Source: a virus (Duplodnaviria; Heunggongvirae; Uroviricota; Caudoviricetes). Taken from it: 64,000 nt of DNA. Positions 1-9,666 of the stretch are shown here, piece after piece. Under the pieces are notes generated by a model that was given only the letters and a program-made list of their open reading frames with translations, was not told the origin of the DNA and did no database searches. The stretch is taken from positions 27,213 to 91,212 of IMG/VR virus record IMGVR_UViG_3300005613_000005. One strand, written 5' to 3'. The position numbers and the translations under genes are program-made. Position 1 is the first letter of the stretch. Each line of letters begins with the position of its first letter.

Positions 1-544
1 AGTAAATAGCTTGAAACTGTATTTTTTCAGTAGCCATACCACGTTTAGTAACTCCACCGTCTATGCGGGTTATTCTACAATCTCTTAAGCGCACAAAAGC
101 TTGTAATGGATCTGTATCATCGAAACTTTTTTGATATACTTCTATGTCAAATTTCATGGCATCTTTCATCTGAGACGGGTCTAAACTTTTGTTAACATGC
201 CCACTATGCATGAACTGATCAAAGCGTGATCCCCATTTATTTCCCCACGTTGGTCCCATAGCCCCTATACCATTTCCTTTGTTAGAAACTCCCGGAGGCG
301 TAGTTCTACCATGAGCTTCCATGAAATCTTTCATGTTTTTGGTGTATCGTATGATAGTAAGTGTACCAGTAACTTTATAAACTAACGGTTCAACGTTAGC
401 AACCTCATACATACCTAATAATTGTGGAGTAGCGTGTTCAACTACTACGCTGTATGAAAAATCGGTAGCGAACGCGATCGTTTTACCGTCGAGTTTTATC
501 TTCGCGTTCGCACCGGTTAAAAAGAAAGGTGATAGCTTAGCCAT
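1..544 (-). CDS. tail tube-like structural protein, paralog 2 (partial; C-terminus beyond window start)
   Basis: Reverse-strand ORF starts at 544..542 (MAKLSPFFLTGANAKIKLDGKTIAF...); shares blocks (F.TGANAK.KL, IRYTK, L.DCR.TR) with product of 555..1103; runs off window edge. Confidence 0.6.
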   Translation of the reverse strand, partial: MAKLSPFFLTGANAKIKLDGKTIAFATDFSYSVVVEHATPQLLGMYEVANVEPLVYKVTGTLTIIRYTKNMKDFMEAHGRTTPPGVSNKGNGIGAMGPTWGNKWGSRFDQFMHSGHVNKSLDPSQMKDAMKFDIEVYQKSFDDTDPLQAFVRLRDCRITRIDGGVTKRGMATEKIQFQAIY

Positions 545-554
545 CTAGATTCCT

Positions 555-1103
555 TTATGAAAGGTCGTCGTCGCCTGAACCTTTTTTATCGAAACTATCG
601 TCATCTTTGTAGATAGCATTAAAAGCAAACTGTTCTACAAGAACGCCACGTTTGTTGATAGCTCCACCTTTACGGGTAAAACGACAATCGTGAAGTTTCA
701 CAACAGCGTCTGAAACGTCAACCGCACCATTGTTGTCGTACTTTTGAAAAATTTCAAGATCAAAAGTTTGTGATGCTAAAAGATCACCAGGATTAACATG
801 TTGTTCACCGGAAGTGCCACTGGGAACTTTGAAATTCCAGTTTCCGATACCGTTGCCGTTAACGGCAGCACCGGCCATGCTTCCTTCTGCAGCTATTTTA
901 GTGTAACGGATAATGCTGAGCGTTCCGTCGACGAAGTATGCAACGGGTTCGTTGCTTACGACCTCATATCGCCCCATCGTTTCAATAGGTATTGTTGTAG
1001 TTGTAACATTGTAACTTACATCTTGTGCGTATGCAAGAGTTATTCCACCTAATTTAACTTTAGCATTTGCACCAGTAATAAAACCAGGTTTTAATCCAGC
1101 CAT
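555..1103 (-). CDS. tail tube protein (candidate)
   Basis: 182-aa ORF immediately downstream (same strand) of tail sheath gene, the canonical sheath->tube order of contractile-tail phages; no motif-level proof. Confidence 0.55.
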   Translation of the reverse strand: MAGLKPGFITGANAKVKLGGITLAYAQDVSYNVTTTTIPIETMGRYEVVSNEPVAYFVDGTLSIIRYTKIAAEGSMAGAAVNGNGIGNWNFKVPSGTSGEQHVNPGDLLASQTFDLEIFQKYDNNGAVDVSDAVVKLHDCRFTRKGGAINKRGVLVEQFAFNAIYKDDDSFDKKGSGDDDLS

Positions 1104-1222
1104 TTAAACTCCTTTTGGGGTTATGGTTCCCCTTACCTAAATATTTTTTTAAGTTAACACTATATTAACTCAATTTTATAATATCATAAAAAATGTTAAA
1201 TATATTATAAGGTCGTGATTAA

Positions 1223-1231
1223 TGGTATAAT
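1223..1231 (+). promoter_or_regulatory. extended -10 promoter element TGGTATAAT
   Basis: TGGTATAAT 7 nt upstream of ATG 1238. Confidence 0.4.
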
Positions 1232-1237
1232 ATAAAT

Positions 1238-2386
1238 ATGATTGATAAAAATAATTTTATATATAAGCTTTCTAAGAACGGAAATCGAAAGAAACGCTAT
1301 AAGGCTTTTTGCGATGAATGTGGCGCAGATCGTGGTTATAAAAAAAGTACGTATGCTAATTATTTATGCCGTCATTGCGCCACGCGTAAAAGCAGTAAAA
1401 AACGAGCAAAGCACATATATGACAATGTTGATTATAATGATTTTGTACGCGTTCCAGCCCCCACTAAAAATAAACCCGATCGAATGTCACTAAAATATAA
1501 AACAAACTGTGTTGAGTGTGGTCGCGATAAAGGATATAGTCGTGCCAAAGATTTTTTAAAACCATGCTTGATATGCGCTGCCAAACTGCGCCATAAAAAA
1601 ATGTCATTAAACAGTAAATTAAAAACCAACATTAAAATATCGTGTACACAACAAAATATTTCTGTAAATAACTTTAACGGTTTTTCTACGCCTAAAAATG
1701 AAAAAGAACGTTCTTTCTTTAAATCAAAAATAAGGCAACAATGTTTCAAAAACGCTAACTACACATGCGACATATATAATGTTAAAGGAGTTGCATTGAA
1801 TGCCCACCATCTATATTCCTGGCATAATAACGAAGATAAGCGCTTTGCTATAGGTAATCTAGTGTGTTTATCAGAAATAGCGCATAAGACTTTCCATCAT
1901 TTATACGGTCATAAAAACAATACTGCGCAGCAATATAAAGAATTTAAAGATAAAATTCAAAAACGTATAAAAAACAAACAAGACCTATATCTAATATGTG
2001 GTGCTCCTGCTTCTGGTAAAACATGGGTGTGTAATCAATTAATGGATATGTTCAATTACATTTCATTTGATAACATCAATAAAAATTATCACGTATATAA
2101 GCTATTGATGGCCAACGACAAACCACTATTATATGATCCCACCATAAAGATCAGTACTTTTACTAAATACTACGGGCATTTATTTAATATAAAGCGTGTG
2201 GTAATAATTGAATCATTAGACACTATACAAAACAGAATGAAACTGCGAAAAGGTAAGGTAACAAAGACGATAAATAATCGCATACAGCGTATGCAGCAAC
2301 TATCAAATGGTGCTGTTTTCTCAGGAACATCTGATCAAGTTTTAGAATATCTTAAAAAAAGTTTAAATAATAAAAAAGGCCGCTGA
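1238..2386 (+). CDS. free-standing HNH endonuclease fused to C-terminal P-loop NTPase (kinase-like) domain
   Basis: N-terminal CxxC pairs (CDECG, CRHC, CVECG, CLIC); HNH block NAHHLYSW..N...IGNLVCL; Walker A GAPASGKTW; AT-rich; opposite strand to flanking tail genes. Confidence 0.7.
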   Translation: MIDKNNFIYKLSKNGNRKKRYKAFCDECGADRGYKKSTYANYLCRHCATRKSSKKRAKHIYDNVDYNDFVRVPAPTKNKPDRMSLKYKTNCVECGRDKGYSRAKDFLKPCLICAAKLRHKKMSLNSKLKTNIKISCTQQNISVNNFNGFSTPKNEKERSFFKSKIRQQCFKNANYTCDIYNVKGVALNAHHLYSWHNNEDKRFAIGNLVCLSEIAHKTFHHLYGHKNNTAQQYKEFKDKIQKRIKNKQDLYLICGAPASGKTWVCNQLMDMFNYISFDNINKNYHVYKLLMANDKPLLYDPTIKISTFTKYYGHLFNIKRVVIIESLDTIQNRMKLRKGKVTKTINNRIQRMQQLSNGAVFSGTSDQVLEYLKKSLNNKKGR

Positions 2387-2400
2387 CTTGAACAGCGGCC
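2378..2400. terminator. bidirectional hairpin between convergent genes
   Basis: GGCCGCTG-acttgaa-CAGCGGCC perfect 8-bp stem between HNH gene (+) and sheath gene (-). Confidence 0.5.
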
Positions 2401-2424
2401 TTAAAAGATCTGTATAAGATCGAC

Positions 2425-4635
2425 TTACGCTTCGCTCTGAGCTCTTGTAAGAGTGATCTCGGCCAAGATAAAGTCGATACCTTCGACAAGAACCACGATA
2501 ACGTTTACGTATATGGTATTGCCAGAGATTCTGACCACCAAGTTTTTAAAACCACTTGGTGCATCAGGTGTAGAAACTGTGATACCTTGAGCAAGATAAG
2601 TTGCTAAGATAGATTCACATGTTCCCTTGACCTCTGCAGCAGAAACCGTGTTCTTAACACCAACGTAGATGTTCTCAAGTTGATTCCTGAAGTCATAAGA
2701 AAGAACGTCAGCAGCGTACTGTACGTTGCCTCGATTATATACCCAATTTGCATCTTTGTTATAGGTTGTGTTATCAACAACGACCCTGTATCCACCGCTC
2801 TGAGGTGCTTCTAAGAAAGTAACACCAGCTTGGATAGCTTCGTCATACTGAAGATCAGGATCAAAGTCGGTTACGATGTCTTCTTCAGCCGCACTCATTG
2901 CTTGTGCAGTATGTCTTAGCCCACTGATGTTCATGTACTTGAATGTTAGAGGTGTTCCAATAGGTGATCCACATCTAGCACCAGCGATTATAGCAGATAA
3001 CATGTGAGGCTGGAACCATTTTATAGTTCCGTACGCGTCGACCTGACGGATGTCCTGGCATAGTAACTGGATCCTTGAAGATGCTAAATTACCAACCTGT
3101 GATTTAACTGTATCAAAAGCTGCCTTATAAGCAAGATATCCCTGACGTTCGGATTTAGACTTTGTCGTCGCCATCAAACTCAAGTGAGTCTTGACTGCCT
3201 GATGAACGCCTGCAATAGTGTATGAAGATCCAGAATCCGTTAAACTATCAGCGATATCGTCTGTAGCGTCTCTTGAGAACAGAGGAACAACACAGTTTAC
3301 CCGGAATTTTGTCAGAGCTTCTAGACCCGCAGTTACGTCAGCTGGTATTGTTGCGCCTTTAACACCACCGGTAAGAGCAGCTTCTGTGATAGCACCGATA
3401 CATCCGCTCTGTGTAGGTGATACTGTTAGTTCACTATGGTATACTAAACTTGAATTTCCAAAGAAGTCGATAACTTCACCATAATCTTTCTTGATACCAA
3501 GAGGTTCAGCAGCAGCGTCAGAAGCGACAGCAGGAGCAGTTGTTACATGGTCTAACCAGTCAACTGAAAGCTGTGCATATAAGCTATCTTCTAATGCTGC
3601 GGTCCATTCAGACTGAAGATTAACAGCATCAACTATGTTCTGTATAGTTGGATACTGACTCTTAGGAAGAGTTATGGTACCAGCGTTAGCACCGCCAGTA
3701 GTTATAAGTTCGATGTTGTCGTCGTCGATCGTCACCTGAGCGTTAGACGCCAATGAATCATGGTTACCTATATTAAGGACTATGTTTCCACCGATAGTAT
3801 CTGATTCTGTGATGAGATCGCGTGTCTGATTTATGGTAACAGTATCAGCGTATTCAACACTTGATCTGTTAACGCCCTCTGACAATCCCCATTTTGTCAA
3901 AGCACTTACACCATCATCGTCAACTTCGATAAACAGTCCGTATCCTCTAGCACGGATGTCAGCAGCTGTATTAGAGTCTGTCATCGTGAACACGAGGTTA
4001 TCACTTCCACCATCGCTGCAGACAACGTCTATGTTACCAACAGCTGCTGGTAGCTGACCATCGACAGATGCTACTAAAGCAGTGATATTTGCAGGTGAAC
4101 CGCTTACTGTGATAGTCGTAACAACACCGTTGATGTTGATATTGAATGATCCGTCAACAGCAGCGCCAAATGAACCGATAGTTGAACCAGTTACTATTGG
4201 AGCAACTTGTGACGTAGCTACGCTTTTCACAGTTATCATGTTTCCACCAATTCCCCATTCGATAGCTTTAACTGTTCCATAGTTATTAGCTAAAGACATG
4301 GAAGCTTGAACTGATGAGTTAGTTTTGTAAATATATAGAGCTTGAGCTCCAGAAGGGATGGCCGCATCACTGGCAGGTGCAAACACAAAACTAGCTGCGT
4401 CTACAATAGGTCCACTGATATATTCATCCCTGATCTCGGAAAGTTGCTCTGGGCTGAAGACAACGTTAGCAATATTAGCTTCCTGATCGCCAGGTTTTCC
4501 ACCGTCGGCTTCACCTATGATAGCAACAATTCCTGTAGGACTTAGGGGAAATCCACCACCAAGGTCAATAGAAACCTTAGAATAACTACCCGGTTTGTAT
4601 ATGGTAGCTCCGTTAAAACTTACATTAATTGCCAT
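2425..4635 (-). CDS. tail sheath protein
   Basis: 736 aa; N-terminus INVSFNGATIYKPGSY and C-terminal domain (..GNVQYAADVLSYDFRNQLENIYVGVKNT..LTRAQ) resemble contractile tail sheath family; size typical. Confidence 0.75.
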   Translation of the reverse strand: MAINVSFNGATIYKPGSYSKVSIDLGGGFPLSPTGIVAIIGEADGGKPGDQEANIANVVFSPEQLSEIRDEYISGPIVDAASFVFAPASDAAIPSGAQALYIYKTNSSVQASMSLANNYGTVKAIEWGIGGNMITVKSVATSQVAPIVTGSTIGSFGAAVDGSFNININGVVTTITVSGSPANITALVASVDGQLPAAVGNIDVVCSDGGSDNLVFTMTDSNTAADIRARGYGLFIEVDDDGVSALTKWGLSEGVNRSSVEYADTVTINQTRDLITESDTIGGNIVLNIGNHDSLASNAQVTIDDDNIELITTGGANAGTITLPKSQYPTIQNIVDAVNLQSEWTAALEDSLYAQLSVDWLDHVTTAPAVASDAAAEPLGIKKDYGEVIDFFGNSSLVYHSELTVSPTQSGCIGAITEAALTGGVKGATIPADVTAGLEALTKFRVNCVVPLFSRDATDDIADSLTDSGSSYTIAGVHQAVKTHLSLMATTKSKSERQGYLAYKAAFDTVKSQVGNLASSRIQLLCQDIRQVDAYGTIKWFQPHMLSAIIAGARCGSPIGTPLTFKYMNISGLRHTAQAMSAAEEDIVTDFDPDLQYDEAIQAGVTFLEAPQSGGYRVVVDNTTYNKDANWVYNRGNVQYAADVLSYDFRNQLENIYVGVKNTVSAAEVKGTCESILATYLAQGITVSTPDAPSGFKNLVVRISGNTIYVNVIVVLVEGIDFILAEITLTRAQSEA

Positions 4636-4692
4636 CTGAGGCCTCCTAAATTCTTCTATTAAATACTAATAAATTATAACATACACACTTTG

Positions 4693-4944
4693 TTAAAAAA
4701 TGATTCCGTATTTTTGTAACGCTTCATCGTATTCCTTAAAAGTCGCTGTAGGACCAAGTCCCCATGCCTTGAAATTAGCTAATATAACTTCTTTGGCATG
4801 AAACCTAGGAATTATCCTGCGTCTTTGAGCCCACCAAACGTCAAAATGGACTTCTTTTTCTATAGGTGCAGCTGTACGTTTTTCTTCTTCCATTTTCTTT
4901 ATAGCTTTGATAGGATCTTTTTCTTTCTTTTTACTCTTAGCCAT
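4693..4944 (-). CDS. hypothetical protein (structural module)
   Basis: 83-aa ORF between sheath and upstream structural genes, Lys-rich N-terminus. Confidence 0.45.
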   Translation of the reverse strand: MAKSKKKEKDPIKAIKKMEEEKRTAAPIEKEVHFDVWWAQRRRIIPRFHAKEVILANFKAWGLGPTATFKEYDEALQKYGIIF

Positions 4945-4987
4945 AATTACTCCTTATATCTATTATATAATGCTACCCACCTTATAC

Positions 4988-5671
4988 TTAAGGTACCCGA
5001 CTGTAATCGATGCCGGAATCATCATCGGGATTACTGCCGTCCTCTTCAGTCTCTTGTGAGTCAAAATCAACGTCGGTTTCAACTTCATCAATCTCTATAC
5101 CATCTTGAAATTCCAGAAGATTTTGAGTAGTACATCTAAATCGTATCCAACGTGTCCATATGTTCTCAGCCATGTACTGACTTTCTTTATTATAGTCGGT
5201 AGCACTCCACGTATGTAATCGTAAACCAAGTCTTTCAGCGACCAATTTTTCTTTGTAAAGTATATGAGATATCATATAATATAGCCAAAGTACCATGTCA
5301 CCGGTACGATCCCCGTGGATACCAATATCTACATTAACTGTAAAAACACCAACTGCCGAATCAAAACCATCTCCCATACCAAAAAAGTCACCCATAGCTG
5401 CTTTACCTTCATCCTCACTTTCACTAGCCAAATGAATGCTGATGCTAGGTACTTGTTTAGCATTAAAGCTCCATGCTTGAACAACCGGTATTTCGGTAGT
5501 AGTGAACCAACTCCATATATCATCAATATAAGATTGTCCAAAATCATCGCTGAGATCGTCTGCCGTATATATCATGAAAATATCGTTGAACGCGTCACGA
5601 TCTTCTCGCAAGTTATCTATACCTTGCTTTATGATTTTCTGGAGAATAGCCTCCGGTATGACAAATGCCAT
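4988..5671 (-). CDS. hypothetical tail/neck-region protein
   Basis: 227-aa ORF in structural operon immediately upstream of sheath; acidic C-terminus; start overlaps stop of 5671..6408. Confidence 0.5.
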   Translation of the reverse strand: MAFVIPEAILQKIIKQGIDNLREDRDAFNDIFMIYTADDLSDDFGQSYIDDIWSWFTTTEIPVVQAWSFNAKQVPSISIHLASESEDEGKAAMGDFFGMGDGFDSAVGVFTVNVDIGIHGDRTGDMVLWLYYMISHILYKEKLVAERLGLRLHTWSATDYNKESQYMAENIWTRWIRFRCTTQNLLEFQDGIEIDEVETDVDFDSQETEEDGSNPDDDSGIDYSRVP

Positions 5672-6408
5672 TATCTCAACTCCCTATACTGATCTATGAT
5701 ATCAAGCGTTGCATTTTCGATATCTTGATCTATGCGATCATTGATATCAATAAGCGCGCCTGTCATATCCATCTTCTTACCAGGGTGAACCCACTGTGTT
5801 TGAGGATTTTGTTTATCGGTCGCTGTTCTGAAGCGCACGGCACCGGTACCTTGTTCGGCAGTGTTTATCGCCTGTCGTCTACTCTCTAAAAATGATTTTG
5901 CTTTACTAAATCCTGTAATCTCCATAGTTCCTCTAAATGATCCTGTTCTCCTGGCATTATCCCTTTCTAACTTGCGCTGTTGAACTTTTTGTCTTCGTTC
6001 CTCGTTCGCTCGTGCTCTCATATCAAATATGTTAGTAGTTCCAGCAGATGTTTTTTCTTTTATCGGTATGTTCTGATATCGTGTACCATCTTTAGCTACT
6101 TTAGCGGTTTTCAATATCTTTGGCAGCATCGGAAACGGTGGTTCTGAAAAATCTGTTTTTCCTGATGACGTACCCAAACGGTATGAAGAAGCGTCTCGCA
6201 TAACTTGCAATTCTTCAACAAACTTGTCAGCACCTATTGCTTCACCGATTTGTGCTGCTTCTAGCATAGCATTGTCTAGTATCTCTTCAACAGCTGCGTT
6301 GATATCATTGCGTGCTAGTTCTATAACATAATCAATATCATTCCAGTCATATCCTTTCCAGCGCAAATCTTCTTTTAACCTATCAAGTTCAAATTCAACG
6401 TTAATCAT
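5671..6408 (-). CDS. hypothetical structural-module protein
   Basis: 245-aa ORF translationally coupled to neighbours. Confidence 0.5.
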   Translation of the reverse strand: MINVEFELDRLKEDLRWKGYDWNDIDYVIELARNDINAAVEEILDNAMLEAAQIGEAIGADKFVEELQVMRDASSYRLGTSSGKTDFSEPPFPMLPKILKTAKVAKDGTRYQNIPIKEKTSAGTTNIFDMRARANEERRQKVQQRKLERDNARRTGSFRGTMEITGFSKAKSFLESRRQAINTAEQGTGAVRFRTATDKQNPQTQWVHPGKKMDMTGALIDINDRIDQDIENATLDIIDQYRELR

Positions 6409-7957
6409 CTATATCAACTTCCCTTGTTTTTCTGATGACACGCGCTTTCATGTCATTGAGGAAGTTTTCTTGATCTAGATGATTCCAATCGTTGGCAAAA
6501 GTAATCCGTATTTTTCCACTAGGAGCGATCTCAATACTAGGTTTTGACAAATAACAGTAGTCGTTGTTCAACAGATCGCGTGATCTAGCAGGGTTTGCAG
6601 ATACAGCCTCAACAGAGACCGGAGCATTACTGAGTTCATCTACTTTCTGTTGAAGTTGTAGTAGCTTTTGTTCTATCTCGTCCAAGTCGTTGCCAGCATC
6701 TGCGTTTAGTTTATTGTGTTGATCAACTAAATGATGCATAGTATTTTCAAGTCGATCAAAGAGTTTCATTATGCGTTTTTCAACTTGCTGAAGATCAACT
6801 GCCATACCGTTTCGTATCTCTTCTCGTATATTCTCAACTTCCTGATATATGTTGGCGATGTTATGACGCTTGTGGTTGTCGATCAAGATGTTTAGACCGC
6901 CGTTTATCGCATCATCGCTCAAGTGTTCCTCACTTAATAATTCTAGGTCTGGTTCATCTTCCGGTAGATACCACTCGAACACGCTCATGAGTTCTGCTGT
7001 CAGTTGAGGAAGTGTTTTATTGGTAAACTGATGTATTACCTTGTGTCCGTCTTCAACACGACCAGAATACATATCGTTAACGTGCTTTCTTATAGCTATC
7101 ATGTAATGATCAAAATGCAGTTGACGAAACTCTTCGTCTTTCATACCTTTGACAGCGTTGTTTATTATACGAAAAGCACCATTGCCTACTAATCTCAAAG
7201 CTTCACCATGACTCACTTCAATGACACCTTCACCTTGACCCATAGTGGTTCGCTTGATGTTCTTCTCTAATTTTTCTTTAGTTAGCATGTACGAAAGACT
7301 TTTTTTGAAATGACAGAAAGGGCTGTCTAGATAAGCTTCTAGCGAAACGCGACAGCATTCACGTAATCTGTCATCATCTATTATCAAACTTGGTTCCATG
7401 AAACGTAAGTTTTTAACTTCTGATTTCTGAGGTTTCATCCTTCCTTTATATGAGTTGCAGAAAAACGATTTACAGTCGTTACCGTTATCTTGAAAACTGT
7501 TTATCTCATGTAGTTCATTAGCTACTAGATTAACCTCTTCTCTCATCTCGCGATGAGCGCCTTCTTCAAAAGTCTCGTCAAAGTTCACGTGTCCGCCAGG
7601 AAAAAGTAACTTGCCGTCGTTGACATCTTCGCCGCACAATATCTTACCGTTTTTATCCACTACTATTACTCCAGCACCTTTGCCTTTATAATATTGTTCA
7701 AACGCTTTTCTTAACTTAGTTTTCTTTTTCTTACGCTCTATCCTAGCTTCTTTTACTTTTTCTTTAGCCCGTGCATGATGGCCTTCTCCCCATGTTCCAC
7801 CAGTATTACTTCCAGATTGTTCCGGCGCATCTTTACCAGGTGACTTATATTTTCCTGCTATCGATTTAGGCGGCGTTCCTCTCGGATGCGAAAACGATTT
7901 GCCATGCAATATCGCCTGCATAAATCTGAATTGCTTTTTACTAACAGCTTTTGGCAT
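6401..7957 (-). CDS. Nudix hydrolase domain protein (518 aa) in structural module
   Basis: Near-perfect Nudix box GHVNFDETFEEGAHREMREEVNL (G-x5-E-x7-REUxEExNU; only the last Gly replaced by Asn); basic N-terminus; coiled-coil-like C-terminal region. Confidence 0.65.
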   Translation of the reverse strand: MPKAVSKKQFRFMQAILHGKSFSHPRGTPPKSIAGKYKSPGKDAPEQSGSNTGGTWGEGHHARAKEKVKEARIERKKKKTKLRKAFEQYYKGKGAGVIVVDKNGKILCGEDVNDGKLLFPGGHVNFDETFEEGAHREMREEVNLVANELHEINSFQDNGNDCKSFFCNSYKGRMKPQKSEVKNLRFMEPSLIIDDDRLRECCRVSLEAYLDSPFCHFKKSLSYMLTKEKLEKNIKRTTMGQGEGVIEVSHGEALRLVGNGAFRIINNAVKGMKDEEFRQLHFDHYMIAIRKHVNDMYSGRVEDGHKVIHQFTNKTLPQLTAELMSVFEWYLPEDEPDLELLSEEHLSDDAINGGLNILIDNHKRHNIANIYQEVENIREEIRNGMAVDLQQVEKRIMKLFDRLENTMHHLVDQHNKLNADAGNDLDEIEQKLLQLQQKVDELSNAPVSVEAVSANPARSRDLLNNDYCYLSKPSIEIAPSGKIRITFANDWNHLDQENFLNDMKARVIRKTREVDIDD

Positions 7958-8010
7958 TGTTATCTCCTATCAACGTATATCATTATAACTCGCTGATATG
8001 CTCAATATTT

Positions 8011-8805
8011 TTATAACTCATCGGCTATCCGTCTTTTAAAATCTCTCTTAACCAGAACTTCTTGCGGTAAACGACGAGCTGTTTTTGTTCCATCTACCAT
8101 CTCTTGTGTTACTCTAAGTTCACGAAGTGTTTGTAGAACTGTATATACAGGATTAGCATAATATGATACGACCAAAACTGTCCCGCGTTGTGTCGCAGTA
8201 TTGTAGGTTGGTTCTTGTCCTGAAACCCATTCTATCTCACCGCTTACTATATTGAAGTGAGTACCTTCAGTATACGGGGTCAACACGTTGTTTTCTACTG
8301 AAGCTATATAATCTACCGCCGTTATCGGATAACGCATTTTTTGACGACTGTTAGAAGTAGGCTCGTATTCTTTGAGTTCCCAAAGGCGAATTTCAAAATC
8401 TGATATAACTAATTGATCATATTCGTTAAAATCTGCCTGTGTACCGTCTTCATATTCGGCAGGAAACGTTATAACGGCTGTACCGACTTCCCACATACCC
8501 TGTTGTTCAAATAAGCGATCAAGTGAATTTCCGGTGAAGATACCCACTATCTCTTTTTCCTCATAGTACAGTATACCGCTATTATCGCATATCTCACAGT
8601 TTGCAGCGTGTGAGTTATTTTCTAAGCTTCTCATGTTAGGGCATGGTGCAGCACGTCGATGCGTAAACCGTATACCTCTGTTTTCTATGAGTTGATCAAA
8701 CGACAGACCCTTGATACTTGGATCCGGAAGTATACCGGGCATCATAGAAGCCGTTGATTTTGCAGAAGCAGTGAACGTACCGCTTGGTTTAGACATCTTG
8801 GACAT
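8011..8805 (-). CDS. hypothetical protein (first gene of minus-strand structural operon in window)
   Basis: 264-aa ORF preceded on minus strand by TGGTATAAT and AGGAG. Confidence 0.55.
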   Translation of the reverse strand: MSKMSKPSGTFTASAKSTASMMPGILPDPSIKGLSFDQLIENRGIRFTHRRAAPCPNMRSLENNSHAANCEICDNSGILYYEEKEIVGIFTGNSLDRLFEQQGMWEVGTAVITFPAEYEDGTQADFNEYDQLVISDFEIRLWELKEYEPTSNSRQKMRYPITAVDYIASVENNVLTPYTEGTHFNIVSGEIEWVSGQEPTYNTATQRGTVLVVSYYANPVYTVLQTLRELRVTQEMVDGTKTARRLPQEVLVKRDFKRRIADEL

Positions 8806-8821
8806 AAAACACTCCTACTTC

Positions 8822-8830
8822 ATTATACCA
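8822..8830 (-). promoter_or_regulatory. extended -10 promoter (TGGTATAAT on minus strand)
   Basis: rc of 8822..8830 = TGGTATAAT followed by gaagtAGGAGtgttttATG of 8805 gene; part of divergent promoter region 8806..8894. Confidence 0.4.
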
Positions 8831-8894
8831 CTTGAAAAGCTTATGCTATATTAATGATAAAACCGTCGATTTTAAAATATTGTATAATATAACA

Positions 8895-9152
8895 ATGGAT
8901 GCCAAACAAATATTGGAAAAAATTATAGAAAATGATGGTAGCTGTGAATGGACTATGACATTAAGAGAAAATATATGTGAACAATGTCCTTTCTCACGCG
9001 ACAAGAATGGTAAGTTAATCTCATGCGTTGACCATATCGTGGGTAATCAGATAACAAACAGTGAAAAACAGATCAACAAATTATATAAACAAGCCGCTGA
9101 ACAACGCCTCACGGATTTACTTATGGAGGAAATGCTCAGTGGATCTAAGTGA
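8895..9152 (+). CDS. small Cys-rich protein (EQCPF motif), paralog 1
   Basis: ORF trimmed to ATG 8895 (MDAKQILEKIIENDGSCEW...ICEQCPFSRDKNG); motif shared with next gene. Confidence 0.5.
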   Translation: MDAKQILEKIIENDGSCEWTMTLRENICEQCPFSRDKNGKLISCVDHIVGNQITNSEKQINKLYKQAAEQRLTDLLMEEMLSGSK

Positions 9153-9354
9153 TAAAGATAAGAAGATATTAGAAGAGATAGTAAAACTTAACGGAAACTG
9201 TTTGGATGGGCGTCCAAGATGTGAGCAATGTCCTTTCAGATCAATATGCTTACCTGAATTTCTAAACCCATTTCCGTTGTCAAAAAATGTTCGTTTAGAG
9301 ATGGCGTTGAAGATATTGGTGCATCATGCCGTCTTTGAGGACGACGATGAGTAA
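9139..9354 (+). CDS. small Cys-rich protein (EQCPF motif), paralog 2
   Basis: Tentative GTG start 9139 (..DKKILEEIVKLNGNCLDGRPRCEQCPFRSIC); aligned start with paralog 1. Confidence 0.4.
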   Translation: MDLSDKDKKILEEIVKLNGNCLDGRPRCEQCPFRSICLPEFLNPFPLSKNVRLEMALKILVHHAVFEDDDE

Positions 9355-9535
9355 GCTAGACGAATACATAAAACAATTTTTTGGAACGCCGCTCACTAGA
9401 AGAATATTGATATACAATTATTTCACCATCGTTGCCAAAGCAGCAGGTTGGAAAGGCAACATAAACGGGAGACGTTTGACAGATGACTTCAAGAGAAAAG
9501 AGAACTCGAGAGCTGTTAAAAAGCATGAGCCATGA
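9326..9535 (+). CDS. hypothetical small protein
   Basis: 69-aa ORF, coupled to neighbours. Confidence 0.3.
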   Translation: MPSLRTTMSKLDEYIKQFFGTPLTRRILIYNYFTIVAKAAGWKGNINGRRLTDDFKRKENSRAVKKHEP

Positions 9536-9665
9536 TGAGATCCATGAAGTTCTAAAGTTATGTGAACCAGACAGGATATTGCTGAGCATGCGCAAGTACG
9601 GGTTTCAACCAGATAAAAAGATAGTGATGGAATATCTGGTCGACGAGATATTACTGGTATCGTGA
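9483..9665 (+). CDS. hypothetical small protein
   Basis: 60-aa ORF; weak LKLCEPDRILL motif. Confidence 0.3.
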   Translation: MTSREKRTRELLKSMSHDEIHEVLKLCEPDRILLSMRKYGFQPDKKIVMEYLVDEILLVS

Positions 9666-9666
9666 T

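Noticed and set aside
798-1052. Plus-strand 84-aa ORF inside tail tube gene
   Set aside because: It is fully nested antisense in a structural gene, with no RBS.
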